From positions 128,934-192,933 of the forward strand of contig VRVR01000047.1 in the NCBI GenBank assembly GCA_009859145.1: a stretch of DNA of 64,000 nucleotides, read 5' to 3'. A program made the position numbers and the translations under genes. Shown here piece by piece: positions 39,071-50,096 of the stretch (positions are counted from its first letter, which is position 1; each line of letters opens with the position of its first letter). The notes beneath the pieces are model-generated. The model saw only the letters and a list, made by a program, of their open reading frames with translations, ran no database searches and was not told where the DNA came from. The stretch comes from Andalucia godoyi And28 (taxonomy: Eukaryota > Protista > Jakobida).

Positions 39071-42022
39071 ATGCTGCTGCTGGAGTCAAGTGATCATCGC
39101 GAATTTCCAGAGCCAAGCAGAACAATTCTATTGACGAAGCATGCTCCAGCAACGACAGTTACGGATGCCGTCCCAATCATTCGATCGTCAAACACGTTGT
39201 TTGGCGTTTCGTCACATCACACGCTCGACGTGTTCTTCACGACTGGGTCATCGGGACACATGCAGTCGTCGATGCGGATTGTCTTTCCGTCGATTCTGGT
39301 GGACTACACTATTTCTGGAGACGAATTCCCGCTCAGAGTGACTGCTGTGACATCTTCTGATGACACCACGCACACAATCTCAGCATCGGTATCATCGCTG
39401 TCGGTATCGGCGTCGCTATTGTCACCGGCGTTGGCCTCTTCTTGCAATTCTTCGCTGGTTGGAATATCGGCTCCATTGGGTTCGACGAACAACGTTCTGC
39501 ACGTTCTGACTATTATGGAAGACGACTACAAACACGAGAGCAGAGGCATCAGGATTTCTGGTGCGTCATCGCACGCCTCTGTCCTTGCGACTGCGAGCTT
39601 TTCGGCATGCATCGTGTCTTCTCCGCTGATGTTGTGTACGCTGAGGGACGACACTTACAATGTTGCCCCTGAAATGACGAAACGGCTGTTTGGGCTTCTT
39701 GGCTCCTCTACCAAGACAGTGCCCACGCGGATTGAGCAGATTGTTGCGGTATTTGATACGTCCATTCCGCTGCCCGACGACATGCAGGATCAAACAGACA
39801 GGGACAGTTTCAGGGCATGTGCGGTGTTTTTGGAGCGAGGGAGCTTGAAGAAATGGCATGTAGCATCGAACCAGCTGACGAACGCTACGGACTTAATCGA
39901 TTTGCCGGTTGCCGTTGATCCTTTTGCGTCGACCGTTACTCTGGGGTATGTCGGACCGCAATCGCGTGACGAATCTGGAGTTCTTGTTTTATGCTGGGAA
40001 AAAGGAATTTGGACGTTTACCATCGGTTCTCTTGCCCCTGTCAAATTCATTGCTCACCATTCCGCACATACCCTCATTCCCTTTCCATCCTTCTTGCTCG
40101 ACTCCACTACTGGGGATGGGATTTCCGTTGCGCATCCTGGAATGCCCAGCGACGCGAAAGGTACACTTGTCCGAGGATCGCAGTTGGCTGTTTTGTTTTC
40201 TTCAAACCTTGTAGACGGAAGTGCTCAGGTCGTGGGAGCTGTGAAGCTGGAGGACAGCGCAATCTTGTTACGAGACAACAATACCTACGCGGTCCTCCTT
40301 TCGTCGCCGTGGCTTGATTCGGTATTTCTTGAATTTCGCCGATGCGAACAGGATCCCATGCAGAGTGGTCCCTCAAAGAAACTTGCCGAGTTGCTTTGTG
40401 AAGCTCCGTCTGGTTCGTTCGAGACTGGGCTATCCACTCGCGATTTGATCTCTGTTTGCAGGCACTTTTTGTCCAAGTTCTCCAAGAACTCGGATGCAGC
40501 GGTGCCCCACTACGGCGATGCTCTCGTCAGATATCAGATGGATCGTGTGCGAAGGCAAGTCGAGTATCTTGAGGATCTCGGAACGATGTGTCCATCCTTG
40601 GTAGATGGTGCAATTGACGGTGTTACCTGCGGAGTGTTACTGTCAGAGGAAGCTTTCTCGATACTGGAGACTCTTGGGTTGTATGATTCCCTTTATGCTC
40701 TTTCCCGGTTGTTGAATTCGCCATTTTGGCAAGGAGTGTACTTCCTGTCGTTGCTTCGTCTTCATGATGCGATGTCCATTTTTGATTCGCTTGATCTTAT
40801 TACGTACTACTTCGTCATCATGGATCGTCTGCGTCGCTGCGGCTACACTGACATTGCATTGCAATTGGCGACCCGTGCCCGTCTGGAATGCGATCCCTCT
40901 TTTTTAGCCAGTGTCGGGGAAGGTGATCGCGAGCAAGCATTGAAGATCAGAAAAGATGCTGACGAGTATTTGTATTGGATTGCGCTCAAGTCCAAAGATG
41001 CGCTCAGGCTTCATTCATTTATACTGGAGTTTTCGCGAACGACTGACACACCGGAAAAGACGAGAGATCGGCTAGTGGCGGCGGTTTCCCATCTTGCGCA
41101 CTCTCCGTCCATGACGACGTTTTTGCATCTTGTTTGGTCCCATTTAGATTCTGCGCTGTGCAGCGTCCTCATTTCGCAGAACGAGTTCTTGCCACTGGCC
41201 TACTCATACGGAATTTTGCACAATGACTTTCATCTGGCATCCTTTGCTACCGTCAAGGCCGCTTTTACGACTCCTATCGAGCAAGCGTCTCAGAGGTTGC
41301 TTTTCCTACGGCTTGCGTTGTCGGCTCTCCAGGTTTGCGAAGCCGAGTCTCGTGTGACTCTCGATAATCCAGTTGTGTTTTATGCCGAAGGAGAGTCCCT
41401 CGGGCGGGTAGTCACTTCGAAGCGTGTGGAGAACGAGATTAAGTTCACCGAAGCTGTGGAATTTCTAGTTGCAAACAATGCGCTTCCCAGACCTTCGGCG
41501 GTGGCTGCATCGCCATCGGCTCGGAGCACCGGCGAGGATGCTGAGATGAGAGAAGCGTCAGGTCCAGACTTGTCATTCAGAATTGGTGATATTTGCAAGA
41601 CTCTTGCGAGTTTCGGAGCGTTTGAGCTTGCACTGTCCATCAGCGCGGACTCGGATGCATCGTGGAGGATGCTGGCAGAGTGGTTTGTGGAGACCCCTTT
41701 GGAGCAGAGTCTGCAGGAAGTCGTTCGACTCATCAAGTCGTTTGACAAGTCCAATTCTCATGTCGGTTTGCTTACCGTCGCAGAAGCCATTCTTTCCAGC
41801 GACCAGAACGCCTTGATTCCGGAACCTCTCCTGGACATGTTTGAATCTGCAAATCTCGTGGAAGATCTCGTCCGACTCTACTTGTCCTACGGTCTTGTAG
41901 CAGACGCTAAACGAGTCTCCGAAGAACAAACGAAGATTGATAAGCGCGACAATCGCACTGGTGTGGACTCTTGGACCTCACGTGCACGATCTGTACTTCA
42001 TCTCGTCAATGCCTCCTCCTAA
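39071..42022 (+). CDS. Nup160-like nucleoporin (beta-propeller plus alpha-solenoid)
   Basis: N-terminal half is beta-strand-rich and C-terminal half is helical; the terminal LTVAEAILSSDQNALIPEPLLDMF...EDLVRLYLSYGLVADA resembles the Nup160 C-terminus (LP.WL...LLRLYL.Y..LEEA). Confidence 0.55.
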   Translation: MLLLESSDHREFPEPSRTILLTKHAPATTVTDAVPIIRSSNTLFGVSSHHTLDVFFTTGSSGHMQSSMRIVFPSILVDYTISGDEFPLRVTAVTSSDDTTHTISASVSSLSVSASLLSPALASSCNSSLVGISAPLGSTNNVLHVLTIMEDDYKHESRGIRISGASSHASVLATASFSACIVSSPLMLCTLRDDTYNVAPEMTKRLFGLLGSSTKTVPTRIEQIVAVFDTSIPLPDDMQDQTDRDSFRACAVFLERGSLKKWHVASNQLTNATDLIDLPVAVDPFASTVTLGYVGPQSRDESGVLVLCWEKGIWTFTIGSLAPVKFIAHHSAHTLIPFPSFLLDSTTGDGISVAHPGMPSDAKGTLVRGSQLAVLFSSNLVDGSAQVVGAVKLEDSAILLRDNNTYAVLLSSPWLDSVFLEFRRCEQDPMQSGPSKKLAELLCEAPSGSFETGLSTRDLISVCRHFLSKFSKNSDAAVPHYGDALVRYQMDRVRRQVEYLEDLGTMCPSLVDGAIDGVTCGVLLSEEAFSILETLGLYDSLYALSRLLNSPFWQGVYFLSLLRLHDAMSIFDSLDLITYYFVIMDRLRRCGYTDIALQLATRARLECDPSFLASVGEGDREQALKIRKDADEYLYWIALKSKDALRLHSFILEFSRTTDTPEKTRDRLVAAVSHLAHSPSMTTFLHLVWSHLDSALCSVLISQNEFLPLAYSYGILHNDFHLASFATVKAAFTTPIEQASQRLLFLRLALSALQVCEAESRVTLDNPVVFYAEGESLGRVVTSKRVENEIKFTEAVEFLVANNALPRPSAVAASPSARSTGEDAEMREASGPDLSFRIGDICKTLASFGAFELALSISADSDASWRMLAEWFVETPLEQSLQEVVRLIKSFDKSNSHVGLLTVAEAILSSDQNALIPEPLLDMFESANLVEDLVRLYLSYGLVADAKRVSEEQTKIDKRDNRTGVDSWTSRARSVLHLVNASS

Positions 42023-42107
42023 GTGCCCTAACTAGTAAAGCAAATAAATGAGCTCCACTCGGAACTCTGCTGTCACTGAAGACAGATCCAAAGCCACGTG
42101 TTTTTTA

Positions 42108-42255
42108 TTTGGGACGAGCGCAAACTCTGTAATGCAGATTGCTCTGCATCAAAGGGTCGTCGCAACCACGAGTTTCTTGGTTCTCGGTATCTTCGAGCAT
42201 GGCCGGTGTGAGTTTGTCGGGGAGATCCTCTTTGAAGCCATGCGATGTTTTGTCT
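42108..42255. repeat. Dispersed repeat, copy 2 (pairs with 33407-33570)
   Basis: See copy 1; on the minus strand it begins ATG GCT TCA AAG AGG (MASKR). Confidence 0.9.
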
Positions 42256-42400
42256 GTTGGAGAGTTCGTTGATTATTATAAAATAACCAAAAGTAAATAG
42301 AAAGAAAGTGTAAAAGGAAATTCTTAGACTTGACTACGGTAAGAAAATCGCGCCTCAATATGGTTAGATATACGGACATCCGATGTGCAACCGTTCCAAT

Positions 42401-42471
<71 letters not shown>

Positions 42472-42680
42472 ATAAGTGACAACGGACAGAATTCCAGGTA
42501 GTAGGTAGCCGCGTAACCTGCAGTCGTGCCACAAGGACTAGAACAACAGCAACGACTGGAGCCACAGTTGCTATTCGATTTGGAGGAGGATTTGAACACG
42601 ACGTTGCTGCCGGCAGTGAGCAAGTAAGCCAGTAAGAGAGTTTATAAGAGAGTACATCCGAGAGAGAGAGAGAGAGAGAG

Positions 42681-43451
42681 ATGATACACGATACGTTTCG
42701 AGAGTCGATCCACTCGTCGGATGTGCCTATGCCGACGAGCTCGGTGCCTTCGCGGTCGAGCTGGGACGTCCCGCACTGGCGGCCCGTAGTTGCAGAGTTT
42801 CTGGGTACTTCGTTTTTTGTGTTTGGCGCAGTGACGTCGAGTGAGTTCAATCACAAGGACGAGCTCTCAGCGAATGCGCTTGCGACGGCGCTGTCGCTGA
42901 TGACTGCGATTGCGGTCACGGGGCCGATTTCGGGGGCGCATCTGAATCCGGCGGTGTCGTTTGCGGCGGTTCTGTGCAGAAGACTAGACCTTGCATCGTG
43001 TCTAGCGTTCGTGATTGCGCAGCTTGCGGGGGGCATATGCGGGACTGCACTGTGCAGATCGATGGTGTGGCACAACACGGGGACGCTGGCTGCGGTCGAG
43101 ATGGCTGCGGGAACAACTGGTGCACAGGCGTTTGTATGCGAAATGATACTAACAATCGTGCTGGTGATCGTGTGCTTGTCTGTGGCAGTCGATCCGGTGG
43201 GAGAGGAATCGCCGCTGGCTCCAGTGCTCGTCGGGATGACCGTGGCTGCCGATATCTTGGTTGGAGGGTGGATTTCGGGGGCATGCATGAACCCGGCAAG
43301 AGCATTCGGGCCGGCTGTTGTCGCCGATATATGGACTTCCGATCTCTGGGTGTACTTTACGGCACCCTTTGTGGGGGCGATCATCGCCGTCCTGCTCTGG
43401 AAGGTCGTCATGAAGCCACGAAGGTCCACGACCACCTTGTTTATCCGATGA
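42681..43451 (+). CDS. Aquaporin (MIP family)
   Basis: VVAEFLGTSFFVF, ISGAHLNPAVS and ISGACMNPARAFGPAV (two NPA boxes), WVYFTAPFVGA. Confidence 0.97.
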   Translation: MIHDTFRESIHSSDVPMPTSSVPSRSSWDVPHWRPVVAEFLGTSFFVFGAVTSSEFNHKDELSANALATALSLMTAIAVTGPISGAHLNPAVSFAAVLCRRLDLASCLAFVIAQLAGGICGTALCRSMVWHNTGTLAAVEMAAGTTGAQAFVCEMILTIVLVIVCLSVAVDPVGEESPLAPVLVGMTVAADILVGGWISGACMNPARAFGPAVVADIWTSDLWVYFTAPFVGAIIAVLLWKVVMKPRRSTTTLFIR

Positions 43452-43749
43452 GCGGTATTGCATGCTTGGTGCTCGATCAGGACTTGCCTTGACAGGAATG
43501 ACAATGGCTTGGACTGAATGAATGAATGAATGAACGACTGACTGAATGAATGAATGAATGAATGAACGACTGACTGACTGAATGAATGAATGAATGAATG
43601 AACGTAAAAACAAAATCAACATTGAGCGAACAGAACGGTAGCAAAAAAGACGGGGGGGGGGGGGACTCAGAGTTTATATTGTCTTGTGTACATGTTGGAG
43701 GAGAGGTTGTTGCTGTTTTGCGGCCGGGGAATCGCCCCTCGTTGCCCGG

Positions 43750-44199
43750 CTAGGCCCACATGCTGTCAAACGAGACTGCGGATTTGGACGAATCGCCGGT
43801 GCCCGATAAGAGATCTTCGAGATTTTGTCCGGTGTTCTGGCCCGAGGCGCTGTCCTGCTCGGGATCGATCGTGACTCGGATGCGGATACCATCAAACTCC
43901 AAAACATCGCTCACGGCTCGCGACATCCCAGCATACTGCATGATCGAGGCAGCGGATGCAATGACATTGCGAAGCTCATCTTGCTTCGAAGACGTCCGCT
44001 CCAGCAGTTCGCGAGCCTCGGGCTTCGTCAGTTCCCGCTCAACTGCCTTTGAAATGAATATCACATCCTGCGGTCTTTGAAAATGCAAGTCGTACTCCGG
44101 GGCACCAGTCTCCTCTCCAGATCCTACACCCGCTGCTGCTGCTCCTGACACCGCCAACGACGACGACGACGACGTCGACAATTTGGATGCTTCGGACAT
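43750..44199 (-). CDS. Hypothetical 149-aa protein
   Basis: ATG-started ORF filling the space between AT-rich spacers; globular-looking core YDLHFQRPQDVIFISKAVERE...LEFDGIRIRVTID. Confidence 0.55.
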   Translation of the reverse strand: MSEASKLSTSSSSSLAVSGAAAAGVGSGEETGAPEYDLHFQRPQDVIFISKAVERELTKPEARELLERTSSKQDELRNVIASAASIMQYAGMSRAVSDVLEFDGIRIRVTIDPEQDSASGQNTGQNLEDLLSGTGDSSKSAVSFDSMWA

Positions 44200-44801
44200 G
44201 TGTTTTGTCTTTTTGTTTTAGTTTTGTTGACGCACCAATAGCTTGAATAGTTGCGCTGCGATCAGAGTTTTCGAATAAGCAGTGCTTTTCTTTACTGAGA
44301 AAATAAAACAAACGAACAATGCTATAACGATTCGATGATTTCTTCTTCTTCAAAAACTCATTAGCAAACATCGCTTTCGGATGGCTTTTGGCAACGGCAG
44401 CCTTGGTGAGGAACGCGGCGGTATATACTACATTGGTTCTTCCACATTCGATCTCCTGGAACTAGCAGATTCTACTCGACTGTGCCACTGCTGCTTACGT
44501 GCAGCTCATTCTCTTTTTCGACACCTCTTTTCGAAAGAGAAAGTTCGAGTTTCGAGCGGGCTTCCGCTGCAATGTCTCTGTTTCCACCATCGTTACTGGC
44601 GTTCTGGTGCCCGCAGCCCGAGCTCCCACGTCGCTGCAGAGGGGGTAAAAAAGACAAGTGTGCAACACACGGTATACATTAAATATTTTAGATAATAATA
44701 ATAATAATAATAAAATGAAATGAGCCGATACTTTACAAGCCAACGTGGTGGCGGTGATGCAGAAGCAATCGCAATACATTACAAAAACCAGGTCCATTTC
44801 G

Positions 44802-47309
44802 TCACGTAGGAGTCTCGGGAGTTGCCGGCCGGCTTCCATCGGATGTTACGGAAGCAGTGTCGATTTGCAACGGAGGACGACCGTCAGAGTCCTCCCCGAC
44901 CAGCTTCAGGTATGCGCTGACCCGGGCTTCGACCAGTTCCGCATGTGAACCAGCTCCGGCAACCTTGCCGCACTCTAGAACATATACATAATCGCAGACC
45001 GTACGGACCTGTTCCATTTCGTGCGTTACCAAAATGAGAGCGATTCTGCGCTGGCGAACCCATTCTACAAGCCTCGGTACAATGACTGCTCTCTTTTTCC
45101 AGGCATCCATGGCGGACATGCTCTCGTCTAGAATAATAACCTTGGCGTCGAACCGGACGAACACACGGGCAAGTGCAACAGACTGTGCAAATCCACCAGA
45201 CAAGTTGGATCCACGAGGCTGCACGACGGAGGCCAGCAGTTTCAGCTTTTCCAAGCGAGAAAGCGATGCTTCCTGAAGCAGTGGTTCCTGGTCAAGCACC
45301 GGGGGGTTCGGTGCACCGACGCCAGGCCTCGCTGAGTTCTCTGCATATGCAAAGATACCCGCTCGTTCTGCCGCATCCAGCAGCTCGTCCTCCGTTGCAT
45401 GCTCATTTCCCATCCGAATGTTATCTGCGATGGTTCCTTGAAACAAAAACGGACGCTGAGGAACATATGCAATCATCGACCGTATCGCAATTCTTGAAAC
45501 CTGGTCATACGGGATGTTGTTGATCAACAGACTTCCCACTTGGCACGTTGTGATTTTGGTCAGCAGATGCATCAGAGTGGATTTTCCAGAACGGTTCTGC
45601 CCAATCACGCCATAGCAGATTCCCGGAGCGAAGACAATATCTGGCGAATCCTCCAAATCCAATGCCCATGTCATTGAGCACGACGCATCTGCCGCCGACG
45701 AGTCGCGAGGTCCATCGGTTCGTTCATGCTCCTGCTGATCTGGATGCAGCTCCGATACATGATGACTCCGATGGTCCTGCACGGCAGCAGAGGACGATGC
45801 AGCAGCATCAGCAGCAGCCGCGGTCGACGCAGGAACCGGAGCGTTCATCGAGACACTAGGTTTTGAAGCGACCATGGATGGATTTGGGTTGGGATAATGG
45901 AATCGAACTCCAGAAACACGAAGTTCCGTAAAGTCGGTGAGCAAGTGAACCATTCCAGGAACGAGCCTTTCTGCTTCCCAGAACGACGGCATCGACAGCA
46001 CAGCGGCCACCCGGCCTCCGTTCCCGACAGTATCCTGCTGCTTCAGAACCTGGTAAATCGTCTGTCCATTTCTCCAAGTCCTCTTGAAGAGCGACAGCAA
46101 ATGGTCAATATCAATCTGCACTCTGCGATACTGTTCATGGGAAATGCTTCTCTTTTTCATGACGTGAGCAACCATTGCAGTTTCCGACAAGAAATCTAGA
46201 ACCGATCTCGACGCGTACGTTGACCACACGCGCTCGACGAGCACAATGGGGGACTCTGATCTGGCCAGATCAGCCTCGACACATTCATCAAACCTGTCCA
46301 GCTGCGAAAACTGCAAATTATGAAGCTGGAGGTCGACAAGGGCGTCCATCAAGGAGCTCCAGAGCGGAGGAACTCTTCCAAATCCAAGCGAGACAGTGGT
46401 CTCCGCATTCCCAGCATTGGAGACAGGAGGATCTGACTTCGAGACCGCAGTCGCAGCAGGAGGCCGAAATGAATGAAAAGAAGAAGGGGCCATTCGCCTT
46501 CGTGTAAAGTCTCCCAGAGCGTTCAGAATCTGAACCACAGAGGGTCTGACAATCGCCAGCACATCAACATGGTCTCTGCGTTTCCACAAGTCCACGGACT
46601 CGCGGAAGGCAGCATACACTGTAGACAGCGCTGCTGGAATGGTGTAGTGGAACAGATTCAATGCCGACGAAATCTCCCCCTGGATTTTCTGCTCCAACGC
46701 GCCATCGGAAGCGAGCTGCTGGCTAATCAAGCTTCCTTGGGATCCGTCCATGGCGCCCAAGTCGCAAAACAGCAGTTTTTCAAGAACCATTCGGCGGACA
46801 AGCCACTTGTTTGTCGTTGCCACTCGATTTCGCAGCGTTCTGTCCAACGTATCCAGCGCCGCATGCGCCAATGTTGCCAGAGCATACTGCGACGCAACCA
46901 TCCAGTCAATGGATCTCCCCGCAATCATGCCATGATGCAACGAGTTTCTCATTTCTCTTAAATTTTGAGCAAGCTTCCTTCGCGATAAGAACCACGGAAG
47001 CGCTTCAAACACGATCGGCAGCACATAATTCACAAACAGTGTCATGAACAGCTGCGACGGATCGCGATTGTACAAGTATGCATAAAACGAAAATGTCGGA
47101 GAGCACAGCACGCGCTGTCTCAGCGACCTTAGTACCGAAAACAGTCGCGCAGGATGCACAAGTCCAGCTGCATAAGACAAGACCCATGACAATGACAATG
47201 ACAATGACAGTGACGGTGACCGCGCAGCCTTGGCAGTGGTGGCGGACATCGATGACGGCCCAAACCATGATTCCAAAAGCCTGTGAACGAGCTTCGACAG
47301 CGTATTCAT
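44802..47309 (-). CDS. ABC exporter-type half transporter (TMD-NBD) with atypical signature
   Basis: Walker A GQNRSGKST, Q-loop YVPQRPFLF, signature LSGGF, Walker B IILDESMSAMD, H-loop LVTHE; N-terminal hydrophobic segments. Confidence 0.88.
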   Translation of the reverse strand: MNTLSKLVHRLLESWFGPSSMSATTAKAARSPSLSLSLSLSWVLSYAAGLVHPARLFSVLRSLRQRVLCSPTFSFYAYLYNRDPSQLFMTLFVNYVLPIVFEALPWFLSRRKLAQNLREMRNSLHHGMIAGRSIDWMVASQYALATLAHAALDTLDRTLRNRVATTNKWLVRRMVLEKLLFCDLGAMDGSQGSLISQQLASDGALEQKIQGEISSALNLFHYTIPAALSTVYAAFRESVDLWKRRDHVDVLAIVRPSVVQILNALGDFTRRRMAPSSFHSFRPPAATAVSKSDPPVSNAGNAETTVSLGFGRVPPLWSSLMDALVDLQLHNLQFSQLDRFDECVEADLARSESPIVLVERVWSTYASRSVLDFLSETAMVAHVMKKRSISHEQYRRVQIDIDHLLSLFKRTWRNGQTIYQVLKQQDTVGNGGRVAAVLSMPSFWEAERLVPGMVHLLTDFTELRVSGVRFHYPNPNPSMVASKPSVSMNAPVPASTAAAADAAASSSAAVQDHRSHHVSELHPDQQEHERTDGPRDSSAADASCSMTWALDLEDSPDIVFAPGICYGVIGQNRSGKSTLMHLLTKITTCQVGSLLINNIPYDQVSRIAIRSMIAYVPQRPFLFQGTIADNIRMGNEHATEDELLDAAERAGIFAYAENSARPGVGAPNPPVLDQEPLLQEASLSRLEKLKLLASVVQPRGSNLSGGFAQSVALARVFVRFDAKVIILDESMSAMDAWKKRAVIVPRLVEWVRQRRIALILVTHEMEQVRTVCDYVYVLECGKVAGAGSHAELVEARVSAYLKLVGEDSDGRPPLQIDTASVTSDGSRPATPETPT

Positions 47310-47519
47310 ATCATTGTGTGACGACGATTCAGTAACTATCAGCGTGTCAGCGTGTCAGTAAGTACGTAAGTGATGGAGAAACACCAAATAATAATAATAA
47401 TTAAAAATTCAAGAGAATCTTAAACATTAAAGCAAACCTCGATTATCCAAGCGCAGTCGGATCAATTGAGTTGAGTTTACTGGACGTAAACTGGAGAGGC
47501 TGGTTTCTCTGGTTTCTCG

Positions 47520-48260
47520 AGTGTGTGCTTGATTCTTGATACGCTGCTCTTGATGCTGCTTCACGGTTTATTTAGGGGAGGCGTGAAATGTCCGGCAGAA
47601 CCAGACGTTTCAATCGTTCATGAGTGCCTCACGCGAGGACTCCAGCTCGCTTGCACTGGGAATACCGCGTGGATTCCGACACAAGAGCCGCGGTCAGATG
47701 GACAGTTCACTGTGGCGCAGTGTCTTAACGCCCCGGGACACGAAGCGCTCATGAGGCAACACCGGATTCTCGGGCATCCGCATGCGCACCGTCGCCTGCT
47801 GCTTCTTGACACGTCCGCGGAATCGGCGGCTGTTATGTCACCTAAAATAATAAAACCTATCTGATTTATTTTACGAACAAAAGAATAAAAGAAACAAACC
47901 GTCGGTTACACACAAATAGCCAACACACACAAACGGACAAGTCCGTGTCGTTGTCGACATTTTTTATCGACAACACTGCGACAGCTACAACAGAACGAAT
48001 CCTTGAAATCGGGAAAGGACAGGTCATTCTCCAACACAAGGGCGAGGTAGTGGTTCAGCAGGAGTGCGCCGCGCCGCGCCACGTGATGAACGACAAATCG
48101 TCCACCCAACTCAGGAGGGCATCGTGCAGATCGGGATGGCGCAGCCGCTCTCGGAGCGCAGCTTTCACCGCCTACACCATCGGGTTCCGAGAATGTGCAA
48201 GTATGAAACCGACAACGTGTGGCGAAGTGTGAGGAGGATGTGGTGCCAAATAAAAATGGT
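47520..48260 (-). pseudogene. Degraded coding-like segment, possibly a transposon/Fanzor1-like relic
   Basis: The minus strand holds the protein-like stretch VVHHVARRGALLLNHYLALVLENDLSFPDFKDSF (48094-47993), then an AT-rich intron-like spacer ending ttttag, then a GC-rich stop-interrupted segment. No intact ORF. Confidence 0.3.
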
Positions 48261-48674
48261 GAAACATCAAAAATACGAACACAGCAGTGTTTTATTCAAC
48301 ATTTTATTTGACACAACGAAGTCCAAGGTGAAACGGGAGAAAGGGAAAAAGGAAAAAGGGAACGGGTTCAGAAAACAAAATCCAAGGGACGAGAGACAGC
48401 GGATAACAGGCAAAAGGGAAAGGAAACGAGAGAGAAACGGAAAGGGGGAAAAGAAAGACCGGTTTGAGGAATTGCTGGAATTTCTGAATGGAAATTTATG
48501 GAAGCGCCCTTACGGACGAGCGGTGATGCCATCATCATTGCCAACGTCTCTTTCTCTTTCTCTGTCTCTCTGTCTCTCTGTCTGTCTCTCTGTCTGTCTC
48601 TGTCTCTCTGTCTGTCTCTGTCTCTCTGTCTCTTTCTTTCTGTCTCTCTGTGTTTTTGCGCAATCGGGCACGAT

Positions 48675-49817
48675 ATGGAAGAGTGTTCGAGTGCGTATGA
48701 TGCTATTGAGCAGGTGGTTTCGCAGGATCCTGGAAATCGGGGGATTGGACCGCTTGTGCAACGAGGGTCGCTGGCGCGGTGCATAAGCGCTCTGAAACTT
48801 GACAGTAGTGATTCTTCTTCTTTGAATCCGTCGACGGTGACGCATGTGGCGGTCTTGTCGGGGTTTTGCATACCGCCTGCTGAAACTGACGGACCTCCAG
48901 GGGTATTCGCGCTGTGCAGGTCTATTCTCGTGGCGTTTCCAAATGCAATCGCATCGGTGATGTGTGACATCACGACGGTCCAGGTCGTGTACATGGCACT
49001 CTCGCCACTGTTCGAGGACTCGCGATTCGCAAACCGCTTGTACGTTTATGCTTTTCCCACAGACTATTCGCACGCCGAGTTTATGAACTTGGTTGACACC
49101 GTGGAACCTCGAGTGCCGCAGATGCCCGAACACAGTCTCGTGGTGTACCGGAATCGAAGCCCCGAGGACCAGGTTCTGCGCGAGGTGTATGGTGGCGACG
49201 GCGACGAGTCGTGTTTTCAAAAGGTGTTTTTGGCTTCGGTTCCTCACGTGGAGCACTATGCAGGCGAGCCCATGCACAGGTTCTTTGCACGGTCGGTGTC
49301 GCACGCAATCGCTCTGGAGCGGTCGGGGACCTCGGTCTCGAGAGCGAACACCAATTATACCATGAAGGCAAGAGATGTCACAAAGTATCATTCACCCTTG
49401 CAGCTCATCTGGGACTCGGTCTTTGTTCCACACTGCTTCACAATCGGAGTTGGAGACGGCGGAAACGAAATCGGGATGGGGAAGATTGCGGACCTTGTGG
49501 CGCAGCACATTCCGAATGGCGACACGATTGGCTGTGCGTCGTCCTGCTCGGAAATCCTTGTATGTGGGGTCTCGAACTGGGGAGGATGGGCCATAGCTGC
49601 CTGTCTGCTGGGCTCCCAAAGGTTTGAATCGGAATTTCCCTTCTGTGAGAACAACGGCAAGGACGTAGAGGAAAATTGCGTCGATCGCTGCATCCAGGCT
49701 GGTGGCGTGGACGGCGTGCTTCGCGCTGCGGTGTGTTCCGTCGACGGTTTGCCCATCCAGGAACATATTCATGTTCGAAGAGCCATCTTCGATATTCTCG
49801 TGCAGCACAATTTGTGA
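48675..49817 (+). CDS. DUF4392 / D-glutamate cyclase C-terminal-domain-like protein
   Basis: DPGNRGIGPL, LSGFCIPPAETDGPPG, TIGVGDGGNEIGMGKI, GVSNWGGWAIA, GGVDG...SVDGLP; ATG at 48675. Confidence 0.85.
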   Translation: MEECSSAYDAIEQVVSQDPGNRGIGPLVQRGSLARCISALKLDSSDSSSLNPSTVTHVAVLSGFCIPPAETDGPPGVFALCRSILVAFPNAIASVMCDITTVQVVYMALSPLFEDSRFANRLYVYAFPTDYSHAEFMNLVDTVEPRVPQMPEHSLVVYRNRSPEDQVLREVYGGDGDESCFQKVFLASVPHVEHYAGEPMHRFFARSVSHAIALERSGTSVSRANTNYTMKARDVTKYHSPLQLIWDSVFVPHCFTIGVGDGGNEIGMGKIADLVAQHIPNGDTIGCASSCSEILVCGVSNWGGWAIAACLLGSQRFESEFPFCENNGKDVEENCVDRCIQAGGVDGVLRAAVCSVDGLPIQEHIHVRRAIFDILVQHNL

Positions 49818-50096
49818 GAGCGCCGCCTCCTCCCCCCGTCTCCAAAAACGGGATCAGACAAAAATAATGGACTTGCGGAAGTTCTATGGAAGACCGTGAT
49901 TGAACATTTGCGACTTCGAGTTTTTACATCACATGTTTTCATACAGCTCCGTGTCGATAATGCAGCATGTTCACAAAAAAAGAAAAGAAGAGGACCAATG
50001 GGCTCTTTTGTCTGCTTTTTCTTGACGCGTTTTTTTTTTCTTGTTTGCCCCCGCCCACCTTCCTGCTGCTGCAACAATCTGTTATTGTTTGTCGTC

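Noticed and set aside
43750-44199. Assignment of the 149-aa ORF as a LAMTOR4/roadblock protein
   Set aside because: The resemblance is limited to a vague helix-then-strand pattern, so it is left as hypothetical.
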